Below are positions 59,650-64,000 of a stretch of 64,000 nt of DNA, in pieces (the stretch's first letter is position 1; each line of letters opens with the position of its first letter). Under the pieces are notes generated by a model, which saw nothing but the letters and a program-made list of their open reading frames with translations, made no database searches and had not been told where the DNA came from. The stretch spans positions 28,184-92,183 of the forward strand of contig JAVBPW010000004.1 of NCBI GenBank assembly GCA_031549385.1, written 5' to 3'. Source of the DNA: Alphaproteobacteria bacterium (lineage in GTDB: Bacteria; Pseudomonadota; Alphaproteobacteria; Rs-D84; SZUA-605). The position numbers and the translations under genes were made by a program.

Positions 59650-59687
59650 AATTTACATAACATATTATAAAACTTAAAAACAAATAT

Positions 59688-59825
59688 ATGACAACAGTTG
59701 AAATTATTGGAGCAGTAGTGTCAGGAATTATAATTCTTGTTTTCGCACTACTTGTATTAGGTGCCCTTCCTGGTGTAAGCCTTAAAGTTCTGGGAAGAAA
59801 AGATCCACCTAAAAAGGATAAATAA
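59688..59825 (+). CDS. Small single-TM protein (45 aa), not in the ORF track
   Basis: MTTVEIIGAVVSGIIILVFALLVLGALPGVSLKVLGRKDPPKKDK*; consensus promoter upstream, terminator downstream. Confidence 0.65.
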   Translation: MTTVEIIGAVVSGIIILVFALLVLGALPGVSLKVLGRKDPPKKDK

Positions 59826-59850
59826 ATCCAAGTTATTTAACACACAAAGA

Positions 59851-59879
59851 AACCCTGCATTTAGCAGGGTTATTTTTTT
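59851..59879. terminator. Bidirectional intrinsic terminator
   Basis: AACCCTGC-ATTTA-GCAGGGTT, shared with groEL. Confidence 0.7.
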
Positions 59880-59880
59880 A

Positions 59881-61811
<1,931 letters not shown>

Positions 61812-61874
61812 ATCTCCTTTTTATTGTGATTAATCTTGAGTTTATATAATAAAAACTTTTTCTATTTTCAATAA

Positions 61875-63095
61875 TTATTCTTCAAATTTATAGCTATAAA
61901 ATTCAGATGGTCCTTTATATTTTCCATCCAACAAAGCTTGTGCATCTTCAATAAGTACAATTTCTTCATTTGTAGGAATCATATAAACAGCAGTTGAGCT
62001 ATCATAAGCACTAATCTTAGCTTCTGGCCCCCCAAATGCTTTATCATTAGCTTCCATATCCATTTTTATACCTAAATTAGCCAAAGCAGCAATAATATCA
62101 GCTCTATTCTTTTGCGCTCTTTCACCTGCCCCAGCAGTAAATACAACAGCATCAACAGAAGGCAATATTCCAAAATAAGAAGCTATATATTTTGCAACCC
62201 TATAATTGAAAACATCATTTGCCATTTTACATTTAGGATCAGTATCAGCTCTTTCTTCAAGATCTCTCATATCGTTATATCCACAAAGTCCAAGTAATCC
62301 AGATTTTTTAGAAAATATAACTTCTTGTTCTTCCAAAGAAACACCATTACGAGCCATATAAGAAATAATTCCAAGATCAGTATCACCTGGTCTTGTTCCC
62401 ATAACTAAACCTTCTAATGGAGAAAATCCAAGTGAAGTATCAACACTAACACCGTTTTTAATAGCACAAACAGAAGCCCCACTACCTAAGTGGCAAATAA
62501 TAGCATTCAATTCTTGAGGTTTTTTACCTAATAATTTAGCAAGTCTTCGTGATGTATAAAGATAAGATGTTCCATGAAAACCATATCTTCTAACTCCAAA
62601 TTTTTCATACCATTCATAAGGAAGCCCATACATATAAGTACATTCTGGTAAAGTTTCGTGGAAAGAAGTATCCAAGGTAATAGTATTTTTTGCCCAAGGC
62701 ATAACAGCCATAGCAGACTTAATTCCAGTAATATTAGCAGGATTGTGTAAAGGAGCTAAAGGATTAAGTTTTTCTAAATCTTTCAAAGCTTCTTCTGTAA
62801 CAATTTGTGATTTTCTATACTTTTCCCCACCATGAACAAAACGATGAGCGACTACTTTAATATCTTCTTTATTTATTCCATCTTTTTCAATTAATTCTAA
62901 AAGCTTATAAAAAGCTGCTTCATGGCTATTTAAAGGCAATTCATATTTATTTTTGTCTCCATTTGATTTATGAGTAATAAAAGACCCACCTGTTCCAATT
63001 CTTTCAACATTTCCAGAGGCAACAACTTCGTACTTTTCAAAGTCAAACAAAGTATATTTTAAAGTAGAACTTCCACAATTTATAGCTAGTATCAT
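61875..63095 (-). CDS. ackA: Acetate kinase
   Basis: NCGSSTLK, HRFVHGG, APLHNP, YGFHGTS, CHLGSG, PTNEE. Confidence 0.96.
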   Translation of the reverse strand: MILAINCGSSTLKYTLFDFEKYEVVASGNVERIGTGGSFITHKSNGDKNKYELPLNSHEAAFYKLLELIEKDGINKEDIKVVAHRFVHGGEKYRKSQIVTEEALKDLEKLNPLAPLHNPANITGIKSAMAVMPWAKNTITLDTSFHETLPECTYMYGLPYEWYEKFGVRRYGFHGTSYLYTSRRLAKLLGKKPQELNAIICHLGSGASVCAIKNGVSVDTSLGFSPLEGLVMGTRPGDTDLGIISYMARNGVSLEEQEVIFSKKSGLLGLCGYNDMRDLEERADTDPKCKMANDVFNYRVAKYIASYFGILPSVDAVVFTAGAGERAQKNRADIIAALANLGIKMDMEANDKAFGGPEAKISAYDSSTAVYMIPTNEEIVLIEDAQALLDGKYKGPSEFYSYKFEE

Positions 63096-63146
63096 AACAT
63101 CTTCCTTTTTCTTATTAACTTGATATTCCAGTCATAATAAACTATA

Positions 63147-63833
63147 TTGGATAAAATGCAACACTCTATTTCGTTAATGTTAGCTGGTGAACAAAGAGAA
63201 TTACCTATTATTATAACCATAAATAAGAGGTCAAATAAGATTATTTTAAAGCCAAGCATTGAAGGAATAAAGATTACCGTTCCAAACAAGATTTCAATTC
63301 CAATAGCTCTCAAATTCAGTGAAGAAAAAAGAGGTTGGATAGAAAGACAGTTATCAAAAAAGCAACCAATTAATTTAGCAAATATAGATAAAATCACATT
63401 TCTTGATAAAGAATATGACATTAAATCTACTCAAGAAAAGTTAGGTACTCAAATCATAGGAAATACAATCTATGTATCAGGAGCCCCAGAATTCAAAGAA
63501 AGAAGGCTAAACGACTTCTTAAAAAAAGAGCTTCTTGCCTATATTGAAGACAAAGTAAAATTCTATTCAAAACAATTATGTTTCTTCCGTCGCCCAAAAA
63601 GAATAGCATTAAAAACAGTTTCAACCCGTCATGGCAGCTGTTCTGCAACTGGTAATTTATGTTTTTCAGATAAATTGATTTACGCTCCCTGTTATGTAAT
63701 AGATTATGTAGTAGCTCATGAAGTTTCTCACTTAAAAGAAATGAATCATTCAATATCTTTTTGGAAATTATGCGACAAATTATATAAAGGCGATATTGAC
63801 CAAGCAAAGACTTGGTTGAAAGTAAATTTATAG
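63147..63833 (+). CDS. YgjP/DUF45 family metal-dependent hydrolase
   Basis: RHGSCS, IDYVVAHEVSHL, MNHSISFW. Confidence 0.85.
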   Translation: MDKMQHSISLMLAGEQRELPIIITINKRSNKIILKPSIEGIKITVPNKISIPIALKFSEEKRGWIERQLSKKQPINLANIDKITFLDKEYDIKSTQEKLGTQIIGNTIYVSGAPEFKERRLNDFLKKELLAYIEDKVKFYSKQLCFFRRPKRIALKTVSTRHGSCSATGNLCFSDKLIYAPCYVIDYVVAHEVSHLKEMNHSISFWKLCDKLYKGDIDQAKTWLKVNL

Positions 63834-63837
63834 AATA

Positions 63838-63868
63838 AAAAGCCAGATTTTACTCTGGCTTTTCTTTT
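63838..63868. terminator. Bidirectional intrinsic terminator
   Basis: AAAAGCCAGA-TTTTAC-TCTGGCTTTT. Confidence 0.7.
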
Positions 63869-63881
63869 TCTATTTCTCAGT

Positions 63882-64000
63882 TTAGAATCTGTATCCTAAT
63901 TCTATTCTGAATTCTTGTGCTTCGTAATTATCTCTTACATGCATTTCATAACCAACACCTATTGTTGAGCCATTCTTTGTCACATAGTTCAATTTACCAC
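63882..64000 (-). CDS. C-terminal end of an autotransporter barrel (truncated by the window edge)
   Basis: GKLNYVTKNGSTIGVGYEMHVRDNYEAQEFRIELGYRF* resembles the end of 42985..45894 (…GYEGQSREDYSSQEFRFGAALKF). Confidence 0.7.
   Translation of the reverse strand, partial: GKLNYVTKNGSTIGVGYEMHVRDNYEAQEFRIELGYRF

Noticed and set aside
61812-61874. CIRCE or sigma32 element upstream of groES
   Set aside because: No TTAGCACTC-N9-GAGTGCTAA and no clear CCCCAT -10 element.

Overview
AT-rich bacterial chromosome segment (GC roughly 25-30% by eye, genetic code 11). It is most likely from a small-genome Alphaproteobacterium; this is inferred from the ftsE-ftsX-ydcF-plsC and ybgC-tolQRA gene orders, the dif sequence and a G|RTMIE-type pilin. 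The backbone is housekeeping: polA, uvrC, aroK, rnj, alaS, der, dnaG, tolQRA, obg, ftsEX, tadA, rsmD, groESL, ackA, mgtA and tRNA-Glu. A XerCD dif site at 54924-54951, where gene orientation converges, marks the probable replication terminus. The accessory features of most interest are: (i) a stand-alone MuF-motif/GH108-lysozyme fusion, convergent with a secreted candidate inhibitor and preceded by two tandem terminators; (ii) a three-gene surface operon made of an ankyrin + catalytically dead subtilase + barrel protein and two beta-barrels with inserted loops, behind a ~780-bp extremely AT-rich region; (iii) a coupled pair of a 2-TM protein and a possibly Cas2/VapD-like protein; (iv) a Cys-rich exported protein separated from an M23 peptidase domain by a frameshift; (v) a stand-alone (KPREFGDR)10 protein; (vi) five SD-less orphan genes sharing an AAACTTAAA leader motif; (vii) two small membrane ORFs missing from the ORF track. 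No CRISPR array, rRNA, integrase or transposase was seen. All family calls come from motif recognition by eye, with no database search.
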